Of a DNA stretch of 64,000 nucleotides, positions 39,397 through 49,137 are shown in pieces; position 1 is the stretch's first letter, and each line of letters begins with the position of its first letter. Origin of the DNA: Minisyncoccota bacterium (GTDB lineage Bacteria; Patescibacteriota; Minisyncoccia; Phycocordibacterales; CAJBRS01); contig DASRDX010000012.1 in assembly GCA_035652395.1 (NCBI GenBank), forward strand, positions 23,861 to 87,860. Reading direction: 5' to 3'. Below the pieces are notes generated by a model. The model worked only from the letters and a program-made list of their open reading frames with translations. It was not told the DNA's origin and made no database searches. The translations under genes and the position numbers were made by a program.

Positions 39397-40007
39397 TAAT
39401 CCTGATTTTTAAGATTATTTAAGACTTCTTCAATAGTGTCCATTATTTTTGGTGTTAGTGCCATGCCCAAGCTCTTGGCCGTACTGATTTGTAATTTTCT
39501 GATTTTGGCACTAGTTGAAGTGGTGGCCATCGGGTCTAATATCACCACTTCTTTGCACCACTTTTTTAATTTTTTTATCTGCGCCCTGTTGTAAGTTGTC
39601 TTAGTCGCAATCAGAGTGTCCGGCCTAATCATTTTAATTAATTGCCATTTTGGCGCTTTAAGAGGTTTTAAAACCACCACATCTACTGGACGAAGGTGCG
39701 CCACCATTTCAAGTCTTTCTTCTTCCGGAACGACCGGGCGCTCAGGCCCTTTTCTATTGCGAACTTTTTCATCACTATCCACGCCTACTATTAAAATATC
39801 CCCGTGTTTTTTGGCAGTCTCAAAATATCGGGCGTGACCGATATGAACCATGTCATAGGTACCTTGAGTCAAAACAATTTTCAGCCCTAAACCTCGGCAG
39901 TGTTCAACTAATTGAGCTAGGCGTTTGTAGTCAGATATATACCGTTCACGGAAATTTGATCCAGAACTGAAGATGCCTCGATTTATAGAAATATTCTCGG
40001 AAGACAT
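39396..40007 (-). CDS. cytidylyl/adenylyltransferase (HIGH; RfaE-II/TagD-like)
   Basis: TQGTYDMVHIGHARYF, LIVGVDSD, KGPERP, TSTSAKI. Confidence 0.9.
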   Translation of the reverse strand: MSSENISINRGIFSSGSNFRERYISDYKRLAQLVEHCRGLGLKIVLTQGTYDMVHIGHARYFETAKKHGDILIVGVDSDEKVRNRKGPERPVVPEEERLEMVAHLRPVDVVVLKPLKAPKWQLIKMIRPDTLIATKTTYNRAQIKKLKKWCKEVVILDPMATTSTSAKIRKLQISTAKSLGMALTPKIMDTIEEVLNNLKNQD

Positions 40008-40016
40008 ACGAAAAAA

Positions 40017-40694
40017 TTATTTAATAGTAAAAACTTTATCAGTTCCGTAATATTCTGGCCAGTGGCTATTGTAAAAAGCAAACATTCGCTCAATTCGCTC
40101 TTGGGATAATTCCCCTACTCCAAAATCGGCCATTAAGACCAGAAGGTTAGATTTGGCGGCAGCGGCCTCTTCCTCATTTTCAATTACCTTCTCAAATTCG
40201 GCCAAATAACCATAACCGGCATTTTTGTCGATAGTTATATTCGTATCTTCCAATTGATACTCTTCCCTCTCGCGCGACCATTTAGCTTGATATTGGAGAC
40301 CGGCAGCTAGCAAGACCTTGTCTAAGTCCTCCAAACTCATATTCGTTTCTGATTCAAACTCCATTCGAGAGACGCCATTGTCGCTAGTATGATCGTCAAG
40401 CGAAGCCTTGATTACCAATAACACTTTTCCATTTGATTCGCGGGTGCGGATGGAGAAATTTTTACCGCGGGTAATGATTTCAGAAAAAATTTCTTTTTTA
40501 TCATTGGGTAGATACGAAAGAATATCGCTGTGAAATTTTGAAAGGTCAGTGTAGGTGAAGTAGTGATTTAACTGTTTGTCGTGAATTTCTGATTTTAGTT
40601 TACCGCCCTTAGCCACAATTTTCTGGCGAAGCGTGTCGGCATTTTCTTTACTACCAAGCAGGCTTTTGATCTCGATTTCATAACTTTTCGACAT
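40017..40694 (-). CDS. CYTH (triphosphate tunnel) protein
   Basis: EIEIK, QLNHYF, IRTR, RMEFE, GYLAEFE. Confidence 0.85.
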   Translation of the reverse strand: MSKSYEIEIKSLLGSKENADTLRQKIVAKGGKLKSEIHDKQLNHYFTYTDLSKFHSDILSYLPNDKKEIFSEIITRGKNFSIRTRESNGKVLLVIKASLDDHTSDNGVSRMEFESETNMSLEDLDKVLLAAGLQYQAKWSREREEYQLEDTNITIDKNAGYGYLAEFEKVIENEEEAAAAKSNLLVLMADFGVGELSQERIERMFAFYNSHWPEYYGTDKVFTIK

Positions 40695-40767
40695 AGTGAA
40701 TAAAGTATAACAATCCTCCCTAATTGAACAACTTTCAAGAAATGGGCAAGCGTTTTATAATTCGAAG

Positions 40768-41283
40768 ATGATTAAATGTTTCATTATTGCCGCTCAAAGC
40801 GCTGACGGTTTCATCGCTTTGGATCCGGCCCATCCCTCAAGCTCCCTTAACTGGACTAGCAAGGAGGACAAGAAACACTTTGTTGAGCTAACTAAGCGAG
40901 CCGGTGTGGTGGTGGTTGGTCATACCACTTTTAAGACTTTCCAGAAACCTTTAAAAGACAGATTAAATATTGTTTATTCTCGAGAGCCCCTTCAAATAGA
41001 AGGAGTGGAGGTCATGAACGATGAGCCGCGTCTCCTTTTGGAGAAACTGGAAAAGCAAGGCAAAACCGAAGTGGCAATCTGTGGCGGCAGCCAGATCTAC
41101 ACCATGTTTATGAAAGCCAGCGTGGTGGATAAAATTTATCTGACGGTTGAACCCGTAGTCTTCGGACAAGGCCTTTCCCTTTTCAAAGAGCCTATCGAAG
41201 CCAAGTTGCGTCTAGAAAATCTGGAAAAAACTGAAAGTGGTACTTTGTTCCTAGAATATAGCGTGGTTAAAAGTGAGACATGA
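40768..41283 (+). CDS. folA: dihydrofolate reductase
   Basis: AAQSADGFI, DKKHF, VVGHTTF, PLKDRLNIV, ICGGSQIY. Confidence 0.9.
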   Translation: MIKCFIIAAQSADGFIALDPAHPSSSLNWTSKEDKKHFVELTKRAGVVVVGHTTFKTFQKPLKDRLNIVYSREPLQIEGVEVMNDEPRLLLEKLEKQGKTEVAICGGSQIYTMFMKASVVDKIYLTVEPVVFGQGLSLFKEPIEAKLRLENLEKTESGTLFLEYSVVKSET

Positions 41284-41325
41284 GTCTCACTTATTTTATT
41301 TAAATAAAAAGTGAGGTTTGAGACC

Positions 41326-41820
41326 TCACCTAAACGCTTGAGATTTGGTTACTATTTTCCTGATCTCTTCAATTGCTCTGTGAACATCTGGACATTGAAT
41401 GACGGTAAATCGAGGCCATTGCCGTCGATGATACCAACCCTTCAGAGCTTCAAAAAGCTCCTCTTTAAAAACGATGGCTAAGAGTTGGGACCCGTAATTA
41501 TGCAGAGAATGACCCAGAGCGAAGGAAATTTGCATTAGACTTTCTCTGCACTTGTCAGAGATGAAAAAAACGGAAAGAGTGGCTGTTCTAGTCAGCTGCG
41601 CTACGTGCTGTACGTGATTTTCTCTTTCTTGTGTATCTGGCACCTGATGAAGAGAGGTCAAATCTAAATATTCTAATTTATACTCCTCTTCCCTCAGAAC
41701 CTGCCTTAAGTAGGTCAGATCATCAGGTAAAAGAACGTTCCAGCCGTGACAGATGACTATGGTAGGTTTTGGACGATAGGAGGAAACCCTGTTTTGACGG
41801 AGAAAAGTGGACTGATTCAT
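41326..41820 (-). CDS. TIR/NDT-like Rossmann-fold protein, degenerate
   Basis: IVICHGWN (cf. FIVHGHD) and SLMQISFALG (cf. V.FE.GYA.G). Confidence 0.4.
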   Translation of the reverse strand: MNQSTFLRQNRVSSYRPKPTIVICHGWNVLLPDDLTYLRQVLREEEYKLEYLDLTSLHQVPDTQERENHVQHVAQLTRTATLSVFFISDKCRESLMQISFALGHSLHNYGSQLLAIVFKEELFEALKGWYHRRQWPRFTVIQCPDVHRAIEEIRKIVTKSQAFR

Positions 41821-41896
41821 TTCTGACTGAAACTTTAGCTAAAATGGCCAAAAAGTAAAGACCTGACCGATAAATAAAAGACATCCTTGTGGGATG

Positions 41897-42505
41897 TCAG
41901 AAATCGAGTCTGTATTGGTTATCAGCCTCTCGCCAGAGAAAATAAATGGTTCGTCCATCCTCTCTTTCGATATGACCGTCCTTTTTGAAGAGCTCCCTCG
42001 GTATCACACACTGGAATATATGCCGATTATAAACTGCCCAAATACCGGGCCATTTTTCCGATTCAACGGGTATCCGACGTTCCACTTGAAGGCAATCAGA
42101 TAATTGATACTTTGAAGGATCGTGAAAACCAAGTTCCTGTTGCAAAGCCCGTTGTGCTGATTTAATTTTTTCTTCTCCTCTTAACATCGTTTCGCCAATA
42201 CCATTGAAATTGGAACGTCTTAAAATAGTACCGTTGTCGCAAACCTGCCGGTCTTCGTAGATTTCCAGCAAGCGACCTCGATAACGATGCAGAACGATGA
42301 CCACAGCCGCGTGGACATGAATGATTAGCTGATCACCACAGTGGTTTTGGAAATATAATTTCTCCCGTTCATGATATTGGAAAAACGCTTCCAGACTGCG
42401 AGACGCTCCCTGTCCCCAGGTTTGCCATGGGACCTTATACTTATTCAGGAGCCGAAAAATTTCTGAACGAGATTTAATCTTCTCGGAAACAGCTGTTAAT
42501 GCCAT
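41897..42505 (-). CDS. Nudix-like protein
   Basis: GETMLRGEEKIKSAQRALQQELG resembles a Nudix box; ESEKWPG. Confidence 0.6.
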   Translation of the reverse strand: MALTAVSEKIKSRSEIFRLLNKYKVPWQTWGQGASRSLEAFFQYHEREKLYFQNHCGDQLIIHVHAAVVIVLHRYRGRLLEIYEDRQVCDNGTILRRSNFNGIGETMLRGEEKIKSAQRALQQELGFHDPSKYQLSDCLQVERRIPVESEKWPGIWAVYNRHIFQCVIPRELFKKDGHIEREDGRTIYFLWREADNQYRLDF

Positions 42506-42560
42506 TGGTATCCTTTCTGGATACCTTATAGCTTAGTCTGAAAGATTTTACAAGGTTACT

Positions 42561-42983
42561 TTACTTAACCTCCACGCCCATAGATCTCGCGCTTCCCTCG
42601 ATAATCTTGGAAGCTGCTTCAATATTGTTGGCGTTAAGATCTACCATCTTCTTCTCGGCAATTTCCCGAATTTTGGCTTTAGAGATGGTGCCCGCCTTCT
42701 TGGTTAAATTGGTGCCTGAACCTTTTTCCGCTCCGATTGCCTTTAAAATCAAACTAGTAGCCGGTTCCGTTTTATAAATCATCTTGTAGCTCCGATCTTC
42801 GTAAACTTCCACTACGGTTGGCACAACCTCTCCTCGCCGGTCTTTAGTTTCCTCATTAAAACGCTTGACGAATTCGCCGATATTAATGCCGGCGCCTCCG
42901 AGAGTCGGGCCGAGTTGCTGCCCTGGTACGGCTGCTCCGCCCGGAATCTGCATTTTTAGAATTTTGGTGATTTTTTTAGCCAT
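42561..42983 (-). CDS. rplK: 50S ribosomal protein L11
   Basis: LGPTLGGAGINIGEF, VYEDRSY, GSARSMG. Confidence 0.97.
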   Translation of the reverse strand: MAKKITKILKMQIPGGAAVPGQQLGPTLGGAGINIGEFVKRFNEETKDRRGEVVPTVVEVYEDRSYKMIYKTEPATSLILKAIGAEKGSGTNLTKKAGTISKAKIREIAEKKMVDLNANNIEAASKIIEGSARSMGVEVK

Positions 42984-42999
42984 AGACTGATAAGTTATC

Positions 43000-43545
43000 T
43001 TAAATTTTCTTGACTTGCAAGAAGTCTAACTCTACAGGTGTTTCCCGTCCGAACATTGAAACTAACACCTTTACTTTGCCTCGTTCCTCATCTACTTCAC
43101 TAACTTTACCTTCCAGTTCCTTAAATGGGCCATCAGCAATAATGACGGCATCTCCCGGATCAAGGTTAATAGTGTGTTTAATAGTGTCAGCATTCATGCG
43201 CTTGAAAAGTCCTTCCACCTCACTTTTTTCCAGAGGTACGGGATAAACGCCAGAGCCGACGAAGCCGGTTACTCGAGGAGTGTTTCGCACCACATACCAA
43301 GAATCATCAGTGACAATCATATCTACTAAAATGTAGCCAGGATAAATTTTTTCTTCCTCCTCTACCCGCTTGCCGCCTTTGATTTTGATTTTCTTTTCAG
43401 TTGGAACAAGAACGTTGAAAATTTTATCTTCCATACCAAGCGACTCAATGCGCTGTTTGAGATTTCGCATCACCGCATTTTCATAGCCGGCGTAAGTATG
43501 GATGGCGTACCAGTTACGCTCCCCTTCTAATTGCTGTTTACTCAT
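43000..43545 (-). CDS. nusG: transcription factor NusG
   Basis: [39 protein letters not shown]. Confidence 0.98.
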   Translation of the reverse strand: MSKQQLEGERNWYAIHTYAGYENAVMRNLKQRIESLGMEDKIFNVLVPTEKKIKIKGGKRVEEEEKIYPGYILVDMIVTDDSWYVVRNTPRVTGFVGSGVYPVPLEKSEVEGLFKRMNADTIKHTINLDPGDAVIIADGPFKELEGKVSEVDEERGKVKVLVSMFGRETPVELDFLQVKKI

Positions 43546-43546
43546 G

Positions 43547-43729
43547 TTATTTCAAAATAACTTTCTGGATCAAATAAGAAAATAAAGAATCGAACAAACC
43601 TAAATAAGCGGCAACTACGAGCGAGATGACGATGACAAGCAGGGTGTAATTAATAGCCTGCCGGCGGCTTGGCCAGCTGACATGCTTCATTTCAATTCGT
43701 GTTTCTTTTAGATAATTGCCTAATCCCAT
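43547..43729 (-). CDS. secE: preprotein translocase SecE
   Basis: EMKHVSWP plus one TM, upstream of nusG. Confidence 0.95.
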   Translation of the reverse strand: MGLGNYLKETRIEMKHVSWPSRRQAINYTLLVIVISLVVAAYLGLFDSLFSYLIQKVILK

Positions 43730-43835
43730 GACGATTTGTAGCCTTAAATATACTCGCTAAGGCTCGTTATTTTTACTAAAAAACCCCGCACGGGGTTATA
43801 AATTAATCATACTCCGAGCTCTTTAATTGTCAAAT

Positions 43836-43873
43836 AAAAAGACCGGGTTTTGCCGACGGCAAAACCCGGTCTT
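43836..43873 (-). terminator. intrinsic terminator
   Basis: AAGACCGGGTTTTGCCG / CGGCAAAACCCGGTCTT hairpin with A tract. Confidence 0.8.
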
Positions 43874-43884
43874 CCCTTTTCCCT

Positions 43885-44709
43885 CTATCGAATCTCGTAC
43901 GTAATCGTTACGTCCGAAGTAATTTTATTTTGGCCAACTGGAATTTCGGGAGCGACCGGAGCAGAGCCTGCGGCCTGACTAAGGGCCATGTCTTTAGCGT
44001 ACGGAATCGGTCCGGGATTATTGCCGTTCTCTTGGAAACTGACAATTCTGTCAAGATCTATGTCAAGGTCTTTGGCTAACTGCTTAGCTTTAGCTTTAGC
44101 GTCGTCAATGGCCAGTTTGCGGGCAGCTTCCTGAAGAGAGGTTGGATTATCAATGCTAAGAGATAGACCGCTGATATTTGAGACGCCGGCACTGCCAACT
44201 CCCTGCAAAATTGTTCCAGATTTGGATGGATCTCGAAGCTTCACCGTGATGGTTTCACTTACCTCATAACCGTTAATGGTCGGGGTACCTCCACCGCAAT
44301 TATAAGCACCGGTTGGACAGATGATGGCGGATCGATCGGCATAAGTTGGATTGACGCTGTAATCGATGGTTTGAATATCTTTTTGATCTACTCCGTTCTT
44401 TTTTAGAAAATCAATGGCGGCATTGGCTTTGACGGCCATTTTGTTTTGGGCGTCTGTAACGGTTGTCTCTCTATCACTGGCGGTAAAACTAAAGGTAGCG
44501 ACAGTTGAAGTGGCAAAGACTTCCCCATGACCGCTGACGGCTATTGTCGGCAAATTGGCGATATTTTCCCCTTTATAATGACCTTCGTGATGGAAAGCAA
44601 AAACAATCAGAGCAATTATGACAATAAAAATGAGAGCGCCCCAGAAGCGACGTCGCATGCCGTAACGTTGATAATTTTGACTATCATTGGAATTTTGATC
44701 TCCGTTCAT
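43885..44709 (-). CDS. SIMPL (DUF541) protein
   Basis: IAVSGHGEV, IQTIDYSVNP, ARKLAIDDAKAKA, VTITYEI. Confidence 0.9.
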   Translation of the reverse strand: MNGDQNSNDSQNYQRYGMRRRFWGALIFIVIIALIVFAFHHEGHYKGENIANLPTIAVSGHGEVFATSTVATFSFTASDRETTVTDAQNKMAVKANAAIDFLKKNGVDQKDIQTIDYSVNPTYADRSAIICPTGAYNCGGGTPTINGYEVSETITVKLRDPSKSGTILQGVGSAGVSNISGLSLSIDNPTSLQEAARKLAIDDAKAKAKQLAKDLDIDLDRIVSFQENGNNPGPIPYAKDMALSQAAGSAPVAPEIPVGQNKITSDVTITYEIR

Positions 44710-44747
44710 AAAAATTAAATTAGATGCTAATAATTCAGTATAACATT

Positions 44748-45677
44748 TTAACGATTTCTTTTAATTCGTTTATTACCCTTTTCAATTTTACGCATGTTCG
44801 TTTCTACCAGATTTTGAAAAAGGGCCGCTACCGTCATTGGCCCGACGCCGCCGGGTACCGGCGAGATAGCTTTTACTATTTTAGAAACATTTTTGAAATC
44901 CACATCTCCTACCATTTTCGGAGCGCTAATTTCTTCCTGAAGCTTGGTGATTTTTTTATTCTTTTTAGATGAAGGGCGGCCGGCAATTAAGTTAATACCA
45001 ACGTCGACAATCACTTGACCCTTTTTGACATGCCGAGAACCGATTAAATTCGGTACGCCGGCCGCCACCACGAGAAGATCCGCTTGGCGAGTTTGAGCAG
45101 CCAGATCTTTAGTCTGCCGATGGGCGGTAGTGATAGTGGCTCCTTCTTTTAATAAGAGGGCGGCGGTCGGTCGGCCGACTAAAGCGGAGCGGCCGACCAC
45201 CACCGCTCTCTTTCCCCGAATGGGGATACGATAATATTTAATTAAATTAAGAATGCCGCGCGGTGTAGCGCCGATTAATCCATCGTCTTCTCCGGTCCAG
45301 AGTTTTTTAACATTTTTTGAATGCAAGCCGTCCACATCTTTCTCCGGCAAAATGGTTTCAATAATTTCACTCTTGTTAAGGTGGCGCGGGATCGGCAATT
45401 GAATAATTATGCCGTCTATTCGCCGATCCTTATTTAATTTCTCGATTACCTTGATTAATTTTGATTGGGCAATTGTGGCCGAAAATTTTAAATGAGTAAC
45501 TTTTGCTCCTATTTTTTCTCCGAAAAGTTTTTTCTGCCGAATGTAAGCGCTTGATTGAGCCAGATTTCCAATCTGAACAATAGCCAAAGTTGGTTTTTGG
45601 TCTAATTTAGCGATTTTTCTTTTTAAGTCGGCGGCAAATTTATCGCGAACGACTCTGCCATCTAGTATTTTAGCCAT
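44748..45677 (-). CDS. folD: methylene-THF dehydrogenase/cyclohydrolase
   Basis: IIQLP, EKDVDG, GRSALVGRP, PVPGGVGPMT. Confidence 0.96.
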   Translation of the reverse strand: MAKILDGRVVRDKFAADLKRKIAKLDQKPTLAIVQIGNLAQSSAYIRQKKLFGEKIGAKVTHLKFSATIAQSKLIKVIEKLNKDRRIDGIIIQLPIPRHLNKSEIIETILPEKDVDGLHSKNVKKLWTGEDDGLIGATPRGILNLIKYYRIPIRGKRAVVVGRSALVGRPTAALLLKEGATITTAHRQTKDLAAQTRQADLLVVAAGVPNLIGSRHVKKGQVIVDVGINLIAGRPSSKKNKKITKLQEEISAPKMVGDVDFKNVSKIVKAISPVPGGVGPMTVAALFQNLVETNMRKIEKGNKRIKRNR

Positions 45678-47028
45678 TTTGTTGCGGTTTCGGAGAATTA
45701 AGACTTTCCGTTTTTGATTCTATCCTTTTAGCTTGAACCGGGTAGATAAGAGCCTCAGCCATTTTTACCAGAATCGGCCAGACATAGGAGCTTCCTCTTA
45801 GAAGCAGGATACAAAAAGTAACACAAAAGACTCCCAGAGCGTAACCGCCAATAATATCGCTTAACCAGTGCACGCTTAAGTAAATACGGCTTGCTCCCAC
45901 CAACAACATTAACAAAAGACAGACAATTAGGAAATAAATTTTCTCTGTATTTGATTTTAGATTGCGCCTCCAGCAATGGAACAACAGCAGGCTGAAAATA
46001 GCGATTAGGGTGGCGTGGCCGCTCGGAAAGCTGAAACTATTCTCTTGGAGAATGGTACTAATTGGTCGTGGCCGGCCGATCAAAATTTTCAAAGAATATT
46101 CGCCAATGACTCCCAGATTTAAAGCGAAGAAGGACAATAAAGCGTAATACCATTCTCTCTTGTGAACGAGGTAACCGATAAATAAACAGGAAAATAGGAA
46201 AACATTTAACGGAGTTAGAAGATTGGTAATAAAAAGCATCGTCTCAGCCGCTATGGGGTTCCAAATGGTAGCAACAAGATGATTAACTAGTCTGTCAGCA
46301 TGATAAAACCAGCCACGCTCCAGAACACTATCGAGTGTTTCAGCAAAAATGTAAATGGAAAAAATATTGATGATGAGGGTGTAGACATGATATTTGCGAA
46401 AAGCGTGATGATGACGATTTATCAACCGATAAGTGTAAAAAATTATTACCGCCAAGACTATGGCTATCAGCATAATGTAATTAATGTAGCGAGCGGCGAT
46501 AGCATAACCCTGACCGACAACAAAACCAATCAAGAGATGGGATAAGTCCCAGATTAAGATAGCGACTAAATCGTAAATTAAGAATTTTCTAAAAGAAATG
46601 TTGGAAACGCCGCCAAGAAAGGGGGTAATGGAGCGAGTAATGTAGCTGAATCTGCCAAAAATTATGGCCTTTCCAGTATGTGTTTGTAATAGTCTTTCCG
46701 TTTGCGCCAGATGAGCCTCTTTCAGAAAAAAGTAGTGACCAAACTGTCTCAAAAAACGATGCCCATAAGCGTGCCCCAGTCCATAGGCTACTAAATCACC
46801 GACTAAGGCCCCGACAAAAGCGATGATAGCGGCAACCCAGAAGTTTAAAACCAAAATTTTCGCCAAAAAACCGCCTAAAATAAGGGAAATTCCACCAGGG
46901 GAAATATAACCAATAAGCGGTAAGCTCTCCAGAAAAACACTGCTGAAAATGATTAAATACCCCCAATGACTAAAAAAAGGTACTAGAATTTCAAAAAGAT
47001 TAAGATGGTGAAGATGATGCCCGAGCAT
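45670..47028 (-). CDS. DedA-PAP2 phosphatase fusion
   Basis: DedA N-terminal half; K..IGRPRP, SFPSGH, SRIYLSVHWLSD. Confidence 0.92.
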   Translation of the reverse strand: MLGHHLHHLNLFEILVPFFSHWGYLIIFSSVFLESLPLIGYISPGGISLILGGFLAKILVLNFWVAAIIAFVGALVGDLVAYGLGHAYGHRFLRQFGHYFFLKEAHLAQTERLLQTHTGKAIIFGRFSYITRSITPFLGGVSNISFRKFLIYDLVAILIWDLSHLLIGFVVGQGYAIAARYINYIMLIAIVLAVIIFYTYRLINRHHHAFRKYHVYTLIINIFSIYIFAETLDSVLERGWFYHADRLVNHLVATIWNPIAAETMLFITNLLTPLNVFLFSCLFIGYLVHKREWYYALLSFFALNLGVIGEYSLKILIGRPRPISTILQENSFSFPSGHATLIAIFSLLLFHCWRRNLKSNTEKIYFLIVCLLLMLLVGASRIYLSVHWLSDIIGGYALGVFCVTFCILLLRGSSYVWPILVKMAEALIYPVQAKRIESKTESLNSPKPQQNG

Positions 47029-47040
47029 TTTTTCATTTTA

Positions 47041-47763
47041 TCACTTCTTTTCAGATGGATTGAGAGAGTCGGGTTCGGTTTTCGGATCAATCCGGCCATA
47101 ATCATTCCAAATTACCAGCTTCCAACCAAGATTTTCGTGCGGATCAAGCTGACGCTTGCGAAAAAAACCTCTGAATTCCGGCTCGTAGGTGCAGAGAGTG
47201 ATGCCAGCATTATTTAGTGGGTTAAGGAAAGTAAACTTAGCAAAATCGTTAGCGGTAAACTTCTCCCCTTTCTCAATGTAGCCAGCTACACATCGCAAGA
47301 ATATATGATGAGTGATGCAAAGAATCTGCTTTTCCGGTCGCGCCTCTAAAAAGCGCAATAATTTGTTGGTCCGATCCTTCAAATCGCTGAAATTTTCCTC
47401 GTCAGAATAGCGCAGGTCATTTGTATGAAAGCTTCGATCAATACGATCAAGGATGGTGGCCACTTCTGGATCCTCGGACGAGCGCCCGATAATTTCGTGA
47501 GGATTTCGACGTTCACTTAAAATCTCAATAACCTCCACTTTTTTGTCAATTTTTGAAGCAATGATTCTGGCAGTTTCCTCTGCTCGTTCGTACGGACTGG
47601 AAAAGATTATATCAACAGGAATTTTCGTAAAACGCTCGCCGACAAAAGCCGCCTGCTCTCGGCCAAGAGCGCTTAAGGGTCCCTGCCGTCCTTGGCGAAA
47701 ATTTTTGGCATTTAAAGGAGTCTCGCCGTGACGGACGAAATAAACTTGTTTCTTATCTCTCAT
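47041..47763 (-). CDS. histidine phosphatase family protein
   Basis: FVRHGET, SSPYERAEETA, CITH. Confidence 0.92.
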   Translation of the reverse strand: MRDKKQVYFVRHGETPLNAKNFRQGRQGPLSALGREQAAFVGERFTKIPVDIIFSSPYERAEETARIIASKIDKKVEVIEILSERRNPHEIIGRSSEDPEVATILDRIDRSFHTNDLRYSDEENFSDLKDRTNKLLRFLEARPEKQILCITHHIFLRCVAGYIEKGEKFTANDFAKFTFLNPLNNAGITLCTYEPEFRGFFRKRQLDPHENLGWKLVIWNDYGRIDPKTEPDSLNPSEKK

Positions 47764-47808
47764 CTTACTATTATAACTCGGCCAACTTGTGTTAACGTTA
47801 ATATATTC

Positions 47809-48405
47809 ATGAACTTTCTGAGCCTCTATTTCCTGCCGTTTTTGTTAGCTTATAAATATTTTGCTCTTTTTTTTATTGTTTTCGTGGCCGCTTTTATTTT
47901 TCCGCTGCCTTCTACGTGGAGTTTGATCATTTCGGGCGGATTGGCCGCACATCAGTACATGAATATTTATGTGGTGATAGGAATTGGCCTTTTGGGCAAC
48001 ATCTTAGGCGATAATCTCGGCTATTTTCTGGGGAGGCTCTATGGTCGGCGTTTTTTATATCAGATTGGATTAGGCTGGATTTTCAGAAAGAAATGGTTTC
48101 AAGATCTTCAGCAGGATTTTAAAAATCATGTTCGCAAGTCAATTTTCATCAGCCGCTTTATTACCGAAATCGGGCCGGCCGTAAATCTCCTTTCGGGCCT
48201 ACGCAAGATTGAATATAGAAAATTTTTGTTTTATGAAGTGCTGGGCGAGACTTCTGACGTTCTTCTCTATGTTTTGGGGGGATATCTTTTTGGCAGAGTC
48301 TGGATTTATATTTACCCTTATTTTGGCGAGTTTTTAATAGCAGTCGTTTTAATCTGGGTCTTCTTTTTAATCTACCGTCGGAGAAAGAAAACTAGATTAA
48401 GTTAA
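47809..48405 (+). CDS. DedA family membrane protein
   Basis: [20 protein letters not shown]; start taken at MNFLSL. Confidence 0.88.
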   Translation: MNFLSLYFLPFLLAYKYFALFFIVFVAAFIFPLPSTWSLIISGGLAAHQYMNIYVVIGIGLLGNILGDNLGYFLGRLYGRRFLYQIGLGWIFRKKWFQDLQQDFKNHVRKSIFISRFITEIGPAVNLLSGLRKIEYRKFLFYEVLGETSDVLLYVLGGYLFGRVWIYIYPYFGEFLIAVVLIWVFFLIYRRRKKTRLS

Positions 48406-48887
48406 ATGTCACAAACCTTTAGTCCGCGTTTGGCTAAATATTTTTGGTGGTATTCTTCAGCGCGATAAAAAGTAGTGGCAGGAGCTATTTCAGTGACGAT
48501 AGGGTCTTTGAATTTGCCGGATTTTTCCAGTTCATTTTTGTATTTTTCGGCGATCTCTTTCTGCTCCGGCGTATGATAGAAAATAGCGGAACGGTATTGA
48601 GTGCCGACATCCGGACCTTGACGATTTAAAGTGGTCGGATTGTGATTTTCAAAAAAGATTTTTAGAAGTTCTTCGTAGTCCACTTCTTTGGGATCGTATA
48701 GGATTTCTACCACTTCGGCATGACCGGTTTTATCAGTGCATACCTGCTCGTAGGTGGGATTTTGGAGCTGGCCGCCGGCGTAGCCGGCGGCCGTTTCTTT
48801 TACCCCCTTAATATTGCGAAAGATTTCTTCCACCTGCCAGAAGCAGCCGGCGCCGAAAGTGGCTTTTTGGAGATTGGAATTACTCAT
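48402..48887 (-). CDS. msrA: peptide methionine sulfoxide reductase A
   Basis: [29 protein letters not shown]. Confidence 0.97.
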   Translation of the reverse strand: MSNSNLQKATFGAGCFWQVEEIFRNIKGVKETAAGYAGGQLQNPTYEQVCTDKTGHAEVVEILYDPKEVDYEELLKIFFENHNPTTLNRQGPDVGTQYRSAIFYHTPEQKEIAEKYKNELEKSGKFKDPIVTEIAPATTFYRAEEYHQKYLAKRGLKVCDI

Positions 48888-48959
48888 GTTGTTATTGTAC
48901 TCAAGATTGGAAAAATAAATAGCCGCAGTTTTGAAATTTCAGCAAAACTGCGGCCCTCT

Positions 48960-49067
48960 CTACTTTCCTAAGAGAAATTTCCTAATGGCTAGAAGAAGCA
49001 GTCCAAAAAAGACCAAGAGATAGAGAAAAATGCAACCGAAACAAAAGGCCAAAAGAACTATTTTCAT
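48960..49067 (-). CDS. 35-aa hydrophobic small protein (not in ORF track)
   Basis: MKIVLLAFCFGCIFLYLLVFFGLLLLAIRKFLLGK. Confidence 0.4.
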   Translation of the reverse strand: MKIVLLAFCFGCIFLYLLVFFGLLLLAIRKFLLGK

Positions 49068-49137
49068 TGGCCGAGCTTAGCAAAAGAGCCTTAAATAAAA
49101 GTTAAATGGAAATTAAACGAGAGCTAAAAACGACCGC

